From: Pseudomonadota bacterium
Lineage (GTDB): Bacteria > Bdellovibrionota_B > Oligoflexia > Oligoflexales > CAIYRB01
DNA length: 64,000 nucleotides
Assembly (NCBI GenBank): GCA_031416315.1
Contig: JANOTL010000153.1
Span: 41,826-105,825 of the forward strand
Direction of reading: 5' to 3'
The notes below the pieces were generated by a model. The model did not search any database. It saw only the letters and a list, made by a program, of their open reading frames with translations, and was not told the origin of the DNA. Below, in pieces: positions 17,155-26,854 of this stretch; within the stretch, counting starts at the first letter, position 1, and each line of letters opens with the position of its first letter. A program made the translations under genes and the position numbers.

Positions 17155-18462
17155 ATGAACAAGACCAGGGTGCTAGTCGTAGCACGTCTTTGCAACCCCG
17201 AATGGTCGAGCGTCCCGTTCGTCGGCTGGAACCACGCGCGCGCGCTAAGAGACGTCGCCGACGTTCACCTGGTGACCCATTGGGAGAATCGTGAGGCGAT
17301 CGACCGCAGCGACTGGCCGAAAGCAACGGTCACTTACGTCGAGCGTACCCGCTTCGACGACCTCTTCTACTGGTTCCTGCGCAACGTATTCAAGCATCAG
17401 TTCGGCAAGGTCTCGCTCACAGCGTTCTCCCTGCCGTTTTACTGGCTCTTCGAGCGCATGGTGTGGAAGGCGTTTGCCGCTCGCCTGAAAGCCAAAGAGT
17501 TCGACGTCGTCCACCGCTTGACGCCGATGAGTCCCGTCACTGCCGGCTCGCTGGCAAAACGTTGTGAACGGACCGGCGTGCCCTTCATCCTCGGCCCGAT
17601 CAACGGCGGCCTTCCGTGGCCAGCGGGCTATCCCAGCGCCGCCGAGAAAGAGCGCGAGTGGCTCTCGTCGCTGCGCTTTCTCTATGGTCTTCTGCCGTTC
17701 GTCGGCTCGACCCGTCGCGCGGCGCGCGCTCTGGTCGTCGCGTCGCGCAATACGTGGTCGCAAATCCCGGGGCGCATGCGCGCCAAGCTCTTCTACGTCC
17801 CCGAGAACGCGATCTTCGCCGCACAAGTCGAGCCGGAGCGCCAAACCGCGGCGCAATCGCCGCTACGCGTCGTCTTTTTGGGCCGTCTGGTTCCGTATAA
17901 ATGTTGCGATCTCGTCATCAAAGCCTGCGTCCCCCTCCTGAAAAGCGGCAAAGTCCTGCTCGACGTGATCGGCTGGGGCTCCGAGCGACCCGTGCTCGAA
18001 GCGCTCGCGAAGGAGCTCGGCGTCACCGACACCGTGCGCTTCACCGGCGAGTTGCAGCACGCCTCGGCCCTTGCCCGACTCAGCGAGAACGCGGTTTTCG
18101 CTTTCCCCTCGATCCGGGAGTTCGGCGGCGCGGTCGTCGTCGAAGCCATGGCGCGCGGCGTCGTCCCGCTCGTCATCGACTACGGCGGGCCGGGCGAGAT
18201 GGTCGTCCCGGGCACGGGCTATCTTTTGCCGCTGTCGAACGAGCACGAAACGACCCGGCAGATGACGGAGATCTTGACCAAGATCGCCGCGCAGCCCGCC
18301 GCGCTGCTGCCGATGGCCGCGCGCGCGCGCAAGCACGTGCTTTCAGAATGGACCTGGGAAGCGAAAGCGCAAAAGAGCTTGGCCATCTATGATTTTGTCC
18401 TCGGTCGCGCGCCGCGTCCCGCGCTGGTGCCTCCGACCGGACTGAAAGGCTCGACACCATGA
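17155..18462 (+). CDS. glycosyltransferase family 4
   Basis: FLGRLVPYK and FPSIREFGGAVVVEAMARG (GT-B E-x7-E motif). Confidence 0.9.
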   Translation: MNKTRVLVVARLCNPEWSSVPFVGWNHARALRDVADVHLVTHWENREAIDRSDWPKATVTYVERTRFDDLFYWFLRNVFKHQFGKVSLTAFSLPFYWLFERMVWKAFAARLKAKEFDVVHRLTPMSPVTAGSLAKRCERTGVPFILGPINGGLPWPAGYPSAAEKEREWLSSLRFLYGLLPFVGSTRRAARALVVASRNTWSQIPGRMRAKLFYVPENAIFAAQVEPERQTAAQSPLRVVFLGRLVPYKCCDLVIKACVPLLKSGKVLLDVIGWGSERPVLEALAKELGVTDTVRFTGELQHASALARLSENAVFAFPSIREFGGAVVVEAMARGVVPLVIDYGGPGEMVVPGTGYLLPLSNEHETTRQMTEILTKIAAQPAALLPMAARARKHVLSEWTWEAKAQKSLAIYDFVLGRAPRPALVPPTGLKGSTP

Positions 18463-18933
18463 GATCAGACGCCCGTCCCGTCTTCGTCCTTGGCAGCAAC
18501 CGCATCCCGTTTGTGAAGAGTCAGACGAGCTATGCCGAAGTCGAGCGGAAGGACCTTCTCGTCGCGGCGCTCGACGGTCTCGTCGACCGTTTCGGCTTGC
18601 AGGGAAAATTGATCGGCGACACGGCGCTCGGCGCCGTCATCAACAGCGTTCGTGACTTCAATTTGGCGCGCGAAGCGCTGCTCTCGACGAAGCTCCACCC
18701 GGAGTCACCGGCGTATAACGTTCAGCGCGCCTGCGGTACGGGCCTAGAGACGACCTGGCAGATCGGCCTGAAGCTCCACGCCGGCGCCATTTCCGTCGGC
18801 ATCGCTGGCGGCGTCGATACAAACAGCGACGTACCGCTCGAGCTGTCGAAACGCGCGCGCGACGTGCTCATGGCGCTGAATCGCGCGAAGACCTTGCCCG
18901 ACAAAGCCAAATCTCTGCTGAAGATGTCGCTCG
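18459..18933 (+). pseudogene. acetyl-CoA C-acyltransferase (thiolase, FadA2-like), N-terminal fragment
   Basis: VLGSNRIPF, RDFNLARE, QRACGTGL (active Cys), GGVD; similarity ends near codon 158. Confidence 0.85.
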
Positions 18934-19143
18934 GCGCGCGTCTTCGCCATCGACATGACGCGCTGCCCACGGTGCGGCGCAGCACTCGCGCCCGAAGATT
19001 GCGAACTCGTCACCGCGCCGTTTATCGTCCAGGCGGTGCTCCATGCGCTCGAACTCTATGGACGCGCGCCGGTGTTCCTTTGCACGCTATTCCAGACCGA
19101 AATTCTTACGTTCGTCGGGACGGATGTTCTCGCGCTCCGTTGA
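18934..19143 (+). mobile_element. IS91-family transposase C-terminal remnant
   Basis: ARVFAIDMTRCPRCG...VLHALEL...RAP resembles the IS91/ISCR C-terminal Zn-ribbon; GAAATTCTTAC (19099-19109) resembles an ori-type end. Confidence 0.6.
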
Positions 19144-19340
19144 TCGGACCCGCAAGTAATTTAGTGACGAGCTCACTCCGACGCTTGGTTGCCTTGGGCC
19201 GCTTCTGCGCAACAACGCGTCATTGAACTGATGGAAATGGTACCTCAAACGCATTGACACATTCCGCTGTACTATGAGAAAAGTTGACACTGCCCGAAAT
19301 ATGTTTTGCCTATTTGATCCAACACAAAGAGTTGAACAAG

Positions 19341-19778
19341 ATGTGTAGTCAAACTATTTGTCTGACGATTTTCCTGGTGACAATAATGGGCTGCAAAACA
19401 TCGAGTAACAATTCCTTTAGCAAAGACATTATTGGAGATGGCACAACTGCCATTTGCAACGATGGCGATGGTTTCGAGTTTACCAATGATCTCGAAATTA
19501 AATTCAAACAGGCATCTACCAAGAAAGTATGTGCGTTAAAAAAAGGCGAATATTTTTGCCTTTATTTTTCAAATTCGGCTGTTTGTGATCATCTCAACCC
19601 AGGCACGACGACGTTTCTTGGTACGCGTCAATCAGAATATTTCTTAACACTAAACGGTAAAACCACTGCTGAATTTGAATTTAGCTCAGATAAAATCAGA
19701 TATGTATGCGGTGGGGGCTATACAACTTGCGATTTAGACTTGTCTGGCCTGGTACCAAAGGTTGTGCTCAGGCCGTAA
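19341..19778 (+). CDS. low-GC Cys-containing hypothetical lipoprotein
   Basis: IMGC lipobox; strongly AT-rich relative to the host. Confidence 0.65.
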   Translation: MCSQTICLTIFLVTIMGCKTSSNNSFSKDIIGDGTTAICNDGDGFEFTNDLEIKFKQASTKKVCALKKGEYFCLYFSNSAVCDHLNPGTTTFLGTRQSEYFLTLNGKTTAEFEFSSDKIRYVCGGGYTTCDLDLSGLVPKVVLRP

Positions 19779-19820
19779 CTCGAAGTGCGGCGGCTCCCAG
19801 TCGACCGTCATGGCCGACGG

Positions 19821-20039
19821 TCAACGGCTGGCGGGCGTATTAGTCGTGTTGATCGCCGCGGCATCAAGCGCTGAGAGGTCGTCGATGCCGGTGTACTGCA
19901 GAAACTTTGTGCCGGTCGTCCGCGCGTTGCCGTCCGTGAAAACGACTCCCGCTCGCGTCAAAAGAGGCATGCCGTTGACCTCGGCAGAATTGTCCTGAGC
20001 AAAGGTCGCTCCTCCCTCTGCCTTGATGTGCGTAAGCAT
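19821..20039 (-). pseudogene. possible DarT/DUF4433 ADP-ribosyltransferase fragment
   Basis: GVVFTDGNA...TKF...DDLSALD...I pattern; no intact N- or C-terminus. Confidence 0.4.
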
Positions 20040-20242
20040 CAGCCCGCGCGCGTCTCGACGCGCCGACTTCCGTGCGGAAGCGTGACGGTGGGCGCGGCCT
20101 GATCGCGGAGTTGCGCCGCATTCGCGGCGCCGTCGTGGCGAGCGTCGACTATGCCCCCCGCAAACCGTTGAGCAGAGCCCTTGGTCGCTTCGGCAATAGC
20201 GTCACCACGTAGCTACGTAAGCGCTCTACGTTCCCAGCTTGA

Positions 20243-21823
20243 TTACGCCGGGAGGAGCGCTTCGAAATCATCGGCCGTGACGCAGTCTGGCAGCCGCTCA
20301 ATGACCCGGGTCAGGTAGCTCACCGGCTCGACGCCGTTAGCCTTGGCGGTGAGGAGGAGGCTGTAGATATTGGCGCTCGCCTGCGCGCCGGCCTCGGTGC
20401 ACATGAAGAGCCAATTTTTTCTTCCGAGGGCGAATGGCCGGAAGGAGTTTTCCGCGAGGTTATTGTCGAGCTCGATGGCGCCGTGCTCGAGGTAGTTGCG
20501 GATGTGCGGCAACTCTTCGTCGGCGTAGCGCAGCGCCGCGAAGTACGGCGAGGAGCTGGCGACTGCCTGCCGCTCGTCGGCGACGAGCTGGGCAAGGTCG
20601 TCGAAGAGATGTTCGGCCCCTTGCTCGAGCCTATAGGCAAGTCGCGTTTCTGGCGCGAACGGTCGGCAAACATCTTCGATCTCGTAAAGCGCTTTGACCA
20701 TCTTCACGATCTTCGCGGCCGGGTGCGCGGCGCGCTGGTCTTTCGCGGTCGTGGCGATCACGTCCTTGAATTTGCGCACGACGTGCGCCATGCAGCCGAC
20801 GCGCGTGCGCGGTGAGGTGTCGCCGAACAGGAGATCGTAGGAAGCAAAGCCGTCGATCTGCACAAACCCCTCGTAGGAGCCGAGCAGCTTCTGCGCTACC
20901 TCTTTTTTTCGCGACAGGTCGAATTCGAAGACGACAAGCGGCTTCGGCCCCCAGCGCGAGATTTGCCACATGTAAGCCTGGTGCGACGTGCGCGCGCCGT
21001 CTTTAGTGAGCACGCGCACCGGAGTCTCGTCGGCGTTTACGACGGGACCGTCCAGAATGCGCTCGTGGATGAGGCCAATCAGCGGCTTCACCGCCTCGCC
21101 CAGCCTGATTACCCAATCGGCCATCACCTGACGCGTCAGATGCACTCCGGATCGGCTGTAGATTTGTTCTTGGCGATAGAGCGGTAGATGATCGCAGTAT
21201 TTCGCCGCGACAATCTGCGCCAAGAGCGACGGAGCTGCGTAACTTTGCGGGATGAGCGCCGGCAGCGGCGGCTTTCTGATGGGAGCACCCTTGCAGGTGT
21301 CGCAGCCGTATTTCGGGAAGCGGTGCTCGACCACCTCGAACTTCGCCGGGGTTTATTTCAGCTCCAGCTTGACGTCATAGCCCATGGGAGAAAGCGACGA
21401 GCCGTTGGTGGCGCAGGTTTTCTCGGCGTCATCGACATCATGTTCCACGACCGTGCGCGGGAGATGGTCGGGGATCGCCGGTTTTTTCTTTTTCCGCTTC
21501 TTGGGATTATCCGCCGGCTGCTCGTCGTCGTCGACCAAAGTCTCGACCTTTGGGTCGAGGGTCATCTCAGCTTCGTCGAACATCTCGCGCAACGCGGCGG
21601 ACGACACGATGTCCGGACGCGCGGCACGGAGAGCTATCAGGTACTGCTGCTTGATGAAGGCGATCTGCTGCTTGTAGTACGCGTGCGTCTTTTCGAGCTC
21701 GCCCACGAGGTCCTCGCAGACGGCTTTGGCCTCCGGCGTGAGGCTCGCCGGGATTTCGTAGGATTTGAGTTTGAGCGCTCGTTGCTGCATCGGAGAAAAA
21801 CTTAGCAGAGTCGCGCGCACCAA
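20243..21823 (-). pseudogene. tnpC: IS66 transposase TnpC with an in-frame TAA at 21353-21355
   Basis: HLPR, KYCDHLPLYRQ, ADETP, CMAH and DNNLAE motifs; the two ORFs are in the same frame, separated by one stop. Confidence 0.9.
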
Positions 21824-22180
21824 TCACGCAAATCTCTTCGGCTTCGTCGGCGCGTGCGCGACGCCCTCGAAGATATTGAGACCATCGAGAAATCTGCCGA
21901 GGTCTCGCCACGACAGCGTGCGCGTCGCCTGGCTGCGCGGGCTTTGGACCTTGAACAGGTCACGCTCGAGCCGCATTTGCCAGAGCGCCACTCCGGTGCC
22001 GCGCCAGTAGAGGATCTTCGCCTTCTTCTTGTCGATCGAGACGAACACGAACCAGTGTCCTGCCCGCATCTCACCGGGCAGCTCCAGATCGACGATGGCG
22101 GCGAGCCCGAGGGCCTGCTTTCTGAAATCCACTGCCTTGCCGTAGTAGAAGACCTTCTTTGGCCGGCTACGATAAAGCAT
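21824..22180 (-). CDS. tnpB: IS66 accessory protein TnpB
   Basis: VDFRK...GLA, FVF...KILYW...G..LW..RLE. Confidence 0.92.
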   Translation of the reverse strand: MLYRSRPKKVFYYGKAVDFRKQALGLAAIVDLELPGEMRAGHWFVFVSIDKKKAKILYWRGTGVALWQMRLERDLFKVQSPRSQATRTLSWRDLGRFLDGLNIFEGVAHAPTKPKRFA

Positions 22181-22448
22181 TGGACCAGGCGCCGACGATC
22201 TGCGGCAGGTGCGCCACGTCGAAACCGCTTAGCGTGAGCGTGCCGCGCTCGTCGCGCGCAATCACTAGCTCGGTCCCGACCTGGAATTCTTCGAAACGCT
22301 TCGGCTGCCGGCGCCGCTTCGCCCTCTGCTTATAAAGGTGATAGCGGAACGTCTCTAGCTTGATGCCGGCGACGGCGCAGTAGGCTGCCGCGCTCTGCGA
22401 CGACCCGCGAAATGCGGCTATGTGCTCAGACCAATCGAACTTCGTCAT
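22167..22448 (-). CDS. tnpA: IS66 accessory protein TnpA
   Basis: W..HI..F..S..S..AYC...GI...TFRY HTH-like pattern; overlaps tnpB. Confidence 0.8.
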   Translation of the reverse strand: MTKFDWSEHIAAFRGSSQSAAAYCAVAGIKLETFRYHLYKQRAKRRRQPKRFEEFQVGTELVIARDERGTLTLSGFDVAHLPQIVGAWSNALS

Positions 22449-22524
22449 GACGGCTCCCGTGAAATGGAGCGGGATCGTGGACGAATGCGGGTCGGCGATC
22501 AACCTGGAAAGGACGATCGCTTAC

Positions 22525-22811
22525 TTTACGAGGCGTTCGCCGGCCAGGTCCTGTGCACGCTCCGCGCCTGGGAATCCGCGGATTACTGCAAGAAGACGCT
22601 CGGGATTAGCGTGGTGCTTGGCTCCGTTGACCGCACGAGGCTGAACGTCAACGGCAGCAGCCTTGCCGTAGGCCACCCTTTCGCCGCGACCGGCGCCAGG
22701 ATCGTCGGCACTTTGGCGAAGCTCCTGGCGATGGGCGGCAAGAAACGCGGGCTGATCTCGATCTGCACTGCTGGCGGGATGGGGATCGCCGCGATCATGG
22801 AATCGGTTTAG
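22525..22811 (+). pseudogene. thiolase C-terminal fragment
   Basis: EAFAGQVLCTL, NVNGSSLAVGHPFAATGARI, ICTAGGMG; begins right after the IS66 end. Confidence 0.88.
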
Positions 22812-22902
22812 ATGCGCTTATCGACGCGAATGACCGCGGGAAACATCCTGGATGCCGTTTCCTTCAGGCAAATCCAGCGAAGTCGATCAGCGTGGTTTCC
22901 AT

Positions 22903-24756
22903 TCACGCGGCGTCTCCAGCCTCTTTTGCCAGTCGAGTTAGCAGATACAGCTGCATCTGCTGCATCCCTTTCAATGCGACCAAGCCGCGGTCGGAGAAAT
23001 CGTAACTGCTGCCGAGTGCTGAGCGAACAGCCTCGGAGACCTGAATGGCGTCTTTGACGCCGTGGGACTCGAGGCGAGATGCCGTGTTCACTGTTTCTCC
23101 CCACAAATCGTAGTGAAAACGATTCGTCCCGATCACTCCCGCGACGAGGGGCCCGCAGTGTATGCCCGTTTTGGCGGCCAGATCTAAATCGTTTGAGTCC
23201 GCAAACCTTCGTACGATATCCCGGACGTCCAGCGCGAAATCAGCCATTCGCTGCACGTGATCAGTCGACGGGTCCGGTACGCCGGAAACCGCCATGTAGG
23301 TGTAACCGATAGTCTTGATTTTTTCGACGCCATGATGAACGGCCGACTGATCGATCTGCGAGAACAATGAGTTCAGCAGGGCAACCAAGTTCTCCGGTGT
23401 TTGGGTCTGCGCAAGGTGCGTGAAACCGACCAGATCGGAGAACATGATGGTTGCCGAGTCATAGCGTTGAACAATGGCTTCTCGGAGACTGACGCGGTCC
23501 TGCAGGCGGTCGGCAATCTTCGGCGGCAGAATGCTCCGCAAAAGCACGTTCGCCCGGGCCCGGTGGCGGGCAGTTTCTGTGACCGCGATGTAGGTCGCGC
23601 GCTGCGTGCGTTCCGATACCCGGGCGACAAACAGATAAATCGCGGTCCCAGCTACCATGAAGAAGTAAACAATAGTTGCGAGCTCGGCTTCTCTTGAGGG
23701 AGAGGACCAAAGCCCGAACAGATAGGCGCCCGTAAAAGTGGACATAGCCCGTAAGCGAACCGCAAAGATCATTGGCAAGGCGAAGTAGCCAGACAGGATC
23801 ACGAAGTACCCAGCGATCGCCCCAGCATAATTGGCAGGCGAAACGAACGATGCAATGATTCCGCAGGTCAAGGCAAGTGCCAGCGACCCTAACTCGACTT
23901 GGGCGTCAAGAGACCGAATCGACGGTTTCGAAAGGAAGGCGGACAATGTCGCGAGGCCGACCACGACGACTAGACCGAAGTGCGACAAGTTAGGCGTGGA
24001 ACCCAGGTATTCGCTTCCCTTAGCGATTAAGGAGGCCGTGGTCACGGCCGTCCCGATTGCAAGAATGAATAGCAGGATCGTGCGATAGACCTTCATGTCG
24101 CCAGAGAAACGATGGTGTCGGTAGCGGGATTCGTCATCCGCACTAAACCGTAGCGCCCAAGCCTGGGTCGGGGGTTCGGCTTCCCTGGAAGCGAACGGGA
24201 GTCCCGGGGCAGTCGCTTCAGCGCCCGGCGGTGCGCTTGGGGCTTCCTCGGAGCTTTGTCCTGCGACGGCGTGACGCAACGGGGCCTGAAGAACGTACCG
24301 TCGCGCAGCGCCGTGGTTTTTTCCCGCGCCGAGGCCGAGGTCGGCAAAAACATAGTTTTCGCTGAGGGCAGTACGCATCGTTTCCGATACCAGAATTTCA
24401 CCTGCGACGCCGCTGGACTCCAGCTGGGCGGCGACTTTCACGGTCTCGCCCCATAAATCGAAGTGGAGCCTCGTCGTTCCAATCACTCCAGCAACGACGG
24501 GACCGCAATGCATTCCGATTCGGAGTTGCAATTCGATGCCGTTCAGTAGCGAGAATTTTTGCGCTGCCTCCCGCAGTTCAAAGGCAAAGTCAGCCATTCG
24601 ACAGGCATGATTTCCGGCAACTTCTGGAACGCCGGCGACGGCCATGTAGGCGTCTCCGATCGTCTTGATTTTCTCGACTCCGCACTGGACGGCTGCGGCG
24701 TCGAAGCGGGAGAAGAGTGCGTTTAGGATGCTGACGAGACGTTCAGGCGGGCTCAC
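22903..24756 (-). CDS. class III adenylate cyclase with two catalytic domains flanking about 6 TM helices; 5'-truncated, possibly a pseudogene
   Basis: Two KIKTIG.YM / G.H.GP..AGVIG / DLWGETV blocks; the first domain lacks its N-terminal FxD strand. Confidence 0.85.
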   Translation of the reverse strand: MSPPERLVSILNALFSRFDAAAVQCGVEKIKTIGDAYMAVAGVPEVAGNHACRMADFAFELREAAQKFSLLNGIELQLRIGMHCGPVVAGVIGTTRLHFDLWGETVKVAAQLESSGVAGEILVSETMRTALSENYVFADLGLGAGKNHGAARRYVLQAPLRHAVAGQSSEEAPSAPPGAEATAPGLPFASREAEPPTQAWALRFSADDESRYRHHRFSGDMKVYRTILLFILAIGTAVTTASLIAKGSEYLGSTPNLSHFGLVVVVGLATLSAFLSKPSIRSLDAQVELGSLALALTCGIIASFVSPANYAGAIAGYFVILSGYFALPMIFAVRLRAMSTFTGAYLFGLWSSPSREAELATIVYFFMVAGTAIYLFVARVSERTQRATYIAVTETARHRARANVLLRSILPPKIADRLQDRVSLREAIVQRYDSATIMFSDLVGFTHLAQTQTPENLVALLNSLFSQIDQSAVHHGVEKIKTIGYTYMAVSGVPDPSTDHVQRMADFALDVRDIVRRFADSNDLDLAAKTGIHCGPLVAGVIGTNRFHYDLWGETVNTASRLESHGVKDAIQVSEAVRSALGSSYDFSDRGLVALKGMQQMQLYLLTRLAKEAGDAA

Positions 24757-24790
24757 AGCAGCACCTCAGGAACCAGACATGTAATCAGGA

Positions 24791-24824
24791 GTGATCCTCC
24801 GCGCCTCACCGCGCGGAGGATCAC
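24791..24824. terminator. perfect 14-bp hairpin downstream of tRNA-Ser(GCT)
   Basis: GTGATCCTCCGCGC-CTCACC-GCGCGGAGGATCAC; no clear U-tract. Confidence 0.5.
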
Positions 24825-24894
24825 GTACAGAATCACGTACGAACACTTTTCCCTTCCAGATTCGCCGAACAAGTCAGCAAGTTTGGAAGGGAAG

Positions 24895-24984
<90 letters not shown>

Positions 24985-25058
24985 AAGATGTCGACCGTCC
25001 TTGCGGACGGATGGCGAGCCGAAAATGTAACCCTCGGTGAGGCCCCGGGCAACCAAAA

Positions 25059-26852
25059 TCACCCCGGGCTGAGCAGCAAGAGCCTCTCGGGTTTGAGCTC
25101 CAGGGTCCAAACCTCGCCCCAGGCCGCCAGAGCCGCGGCTGCCGCATCACGCGGCATCTCCACCTGCACCTGGCCGCGACCGACCTCGAAGAAGAGGGTT
25201 GTTCGATGGGCCGACTCGCTCGTCTTCACCCGACGCCCGGCTACCTCGTTCGCACGCCCTTCCTGCCGCGGCTTCACGACGACGTGATGGGCACGGATGC
25301 CGATCCGGTCGAAGGCGCGGTTGCTCGGCTCCGAGATCTCCAGCTCGACGCCCCATTCCTCGACCAAGGCGCGCCCCGCGCCGCGGGGCGTGGCGGCAGC
25401 GACGTTCTTCAATCCGGTCAACCGGGCCACCGACTCCCGCACGGGATCGTCGAAGACAGCGCGACAAGGCCCGCTCCGCACGATAGCCCCGTGGTCGAGC
25501 ACGACGAGCTCATCGGCAATCCGAAAAGCCTCGTCGACGTTGTGCGTCACCAGAACGACCGTGCCCGAGAACACCGCCAAGGCCGCCGCGAGCTCGTGCT
25601 CCATCTGCGCCCGCAAGGGAGCGTCGAGGGCCGAGAGAGGCTCGTCCAACAGGAGCAGATCCGGCGCCGTCGCCAACGCGCGCGCGATCGCGACCCGCTG
25701 CCTCTGGCCGCCGGAAAGTTCGCGTGGCGCTCGATGCGCGAATCCCGCGAGGCCTACGGTCCTCGTCCACTTCTCCGCCTCTGCCGCATCCTTTGCGCCG
25801 AAAGCGACGTTCTCTGCGACCGTCATGTTGGGAAAGAGGGCGTAATCTTGAAAGACGTAACCGATGCGACGATCCCGCGGCGCGAGGCCCCCGATCTCCC
25901 GCGCGCCGAGACGCACGTGCCCCCCCTCGGTCCGCTCCAGGCCCGCGAGCGAGCGCAAGAAAAGGCTCTTCCCCGATCCTGACGGCCCGAGCACCGCGAT
26001 CCGTCTCGACCGCGTTGCGTAGGTCACATCCAAGGTGAAATCGGCATCACGCCAACGAACCGACACGTCGAAGGTCCGGGCGGCGGCGGGGGTCGCCAGC
26101 TTCGTCGCCACCCCTTTCTTCGGTTCGGCACAGGGCGCAGCGCTCGTCCGCGTCTTCTTGCCGATCTTTCTCCCAAGCATCCCTTCCGACACCAAGACGA
26201 CGGCGCAGCTCGCAATCATGATGCACGCCGACCAAATGGCCGCCATCCGCATCTCGCCAGACTCCACAGCGAAGAAGATCGCCATCGGCGCCGTTTGCGT
26301 CACCCCGGGAATGTTCCCCGCGAACATCAGCGTCGCGCCGAACTCGCCCAAGCTGCGCGCGAACGCGAGAAAGGTTCCCGCCACGATCCCGGGCCAAGCA
26401 TTTGGCAGAGCCACCCGGAAAAAGATTCGCGCCTCATGCGCTCCGAGTGTTCGCGCTGCGGCGACGAGATGCTCGCCCACCTGCTCCAATGCCGCGCGAC
26501 TTGTCCGGTACATCAGAGGAAAGGCGACGACCGTTGCCGAAATTACGGCCGCCGGCCACGAGAAAACCAAGGGCCGACCGAAGGTCGATTCGATCGTCTG
26601 ACCCACCGGACTCCGCGCGCCGAACGCGAGGAGCAACAAAAACCCGATCACCGTCGGCGGCAACACCAACGGCACGATGAACAGCACATCGAGGGCCCGC
26701 AAAATACTCGCCGGCCAAACGCCGCGCGCCCGGAGCATCCCCCAGGCTGCCGCGAGCCCGATGACGAAGGTCACGGCCGTCGCTGCGAGCGCCGTCTGCG
26801 CCGACACCAAAAGCGGCAGCCCGATTTCTGCCGCTTGAGAGGCCGACGTCAA
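25059..26852 (-). CDS. modB: fused molybdate ABC permease (ModB) and ATPase (ModC) with a TOBE-like C-terminus
   Basis: PLVLPPTVIGF and ARSLGEFGAT, followed in frame by GPSGSGKS, LSGGQRQR and LLLDEP. Confidence 0.92.
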   Translation of the reverse strand: MTSASQAAEIGLPLLVSAQTALAATAVTFVIGLAAAWGMLRARGVWPASILRALDVLFIVPLVLPPTVIGFLLLLAFGARSPVGQTIESTFGRPLVFSWPAAVISATVVAFPLMYRTSRAALEQVGEHLVAAARTLGAHEARIFFRVALPNAWPGIVAGTFLAFARSLGEFGATLMFAGNIPGVTQTAPMAIFFAVESGEMRMAAIWSACIMIASCAVVLVSEGMLGRKIGKKTRTSAAPCAEPKKGVATKLATPAAARTFDVSVRWRDADFTLDVTYATRSRRIAVLGPSGSGKSLFLRSLAGLERTEGGHVRLGAREIGGLAPRDRRIGYVFQDYALFPNMTVAENVAFGAKDAAEAEKWTRTVGLAGFAHRAPRELSGGQRQRVAIARALATAPDLLLLDEPLSALDAPLRAQMEHELAAALAVFSGTVVLVTHNVDEAFRIADELVVLDHGAIVRSGPCRAVFDDPVRESVARLTGLKNVAAATPRGAGRALVEEWGVELEISEPSNRAFDRIGIRAHHVVVKPRQEGRANEVAGRRVKTSESAHRTTLFFEVGRGQVQVEMPRDAAAAALAAWGEVWTLELKPERLLLLSPG

Positions 26853-26854
26853 GC

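Larger units (their letters stand above)
20217..22524 (-). mobile_element. IS66 family insertion sequence (about 2.3 kb)
   Basis: Imperfect TIRs GTAAGCGCTCTACGTTCCCAG / GTAAGCGATCGTCCTTTCCAG; tnpA-tnpB-tnpC order. Confidence 0.92.

Noticed and set aside
18934..19226. C-terminal ~95 aa of the predicted 255-aa thiolase ORF
   Set aside because: Out-of-frame read-through into the IS91 remnant, not thiolase sequence
19254..19290. Two TTGACAC copies as -35 boxes for the AT-rich gene
   Set aside because: No -10 hexamer at 16-18 bp spacing from either copy
21353..21355. Programmed readthrough or recoding in tnpC
   Set aside because: The stop is TAA, other genes end in standard stops, and a single nonsense mutation is simpler
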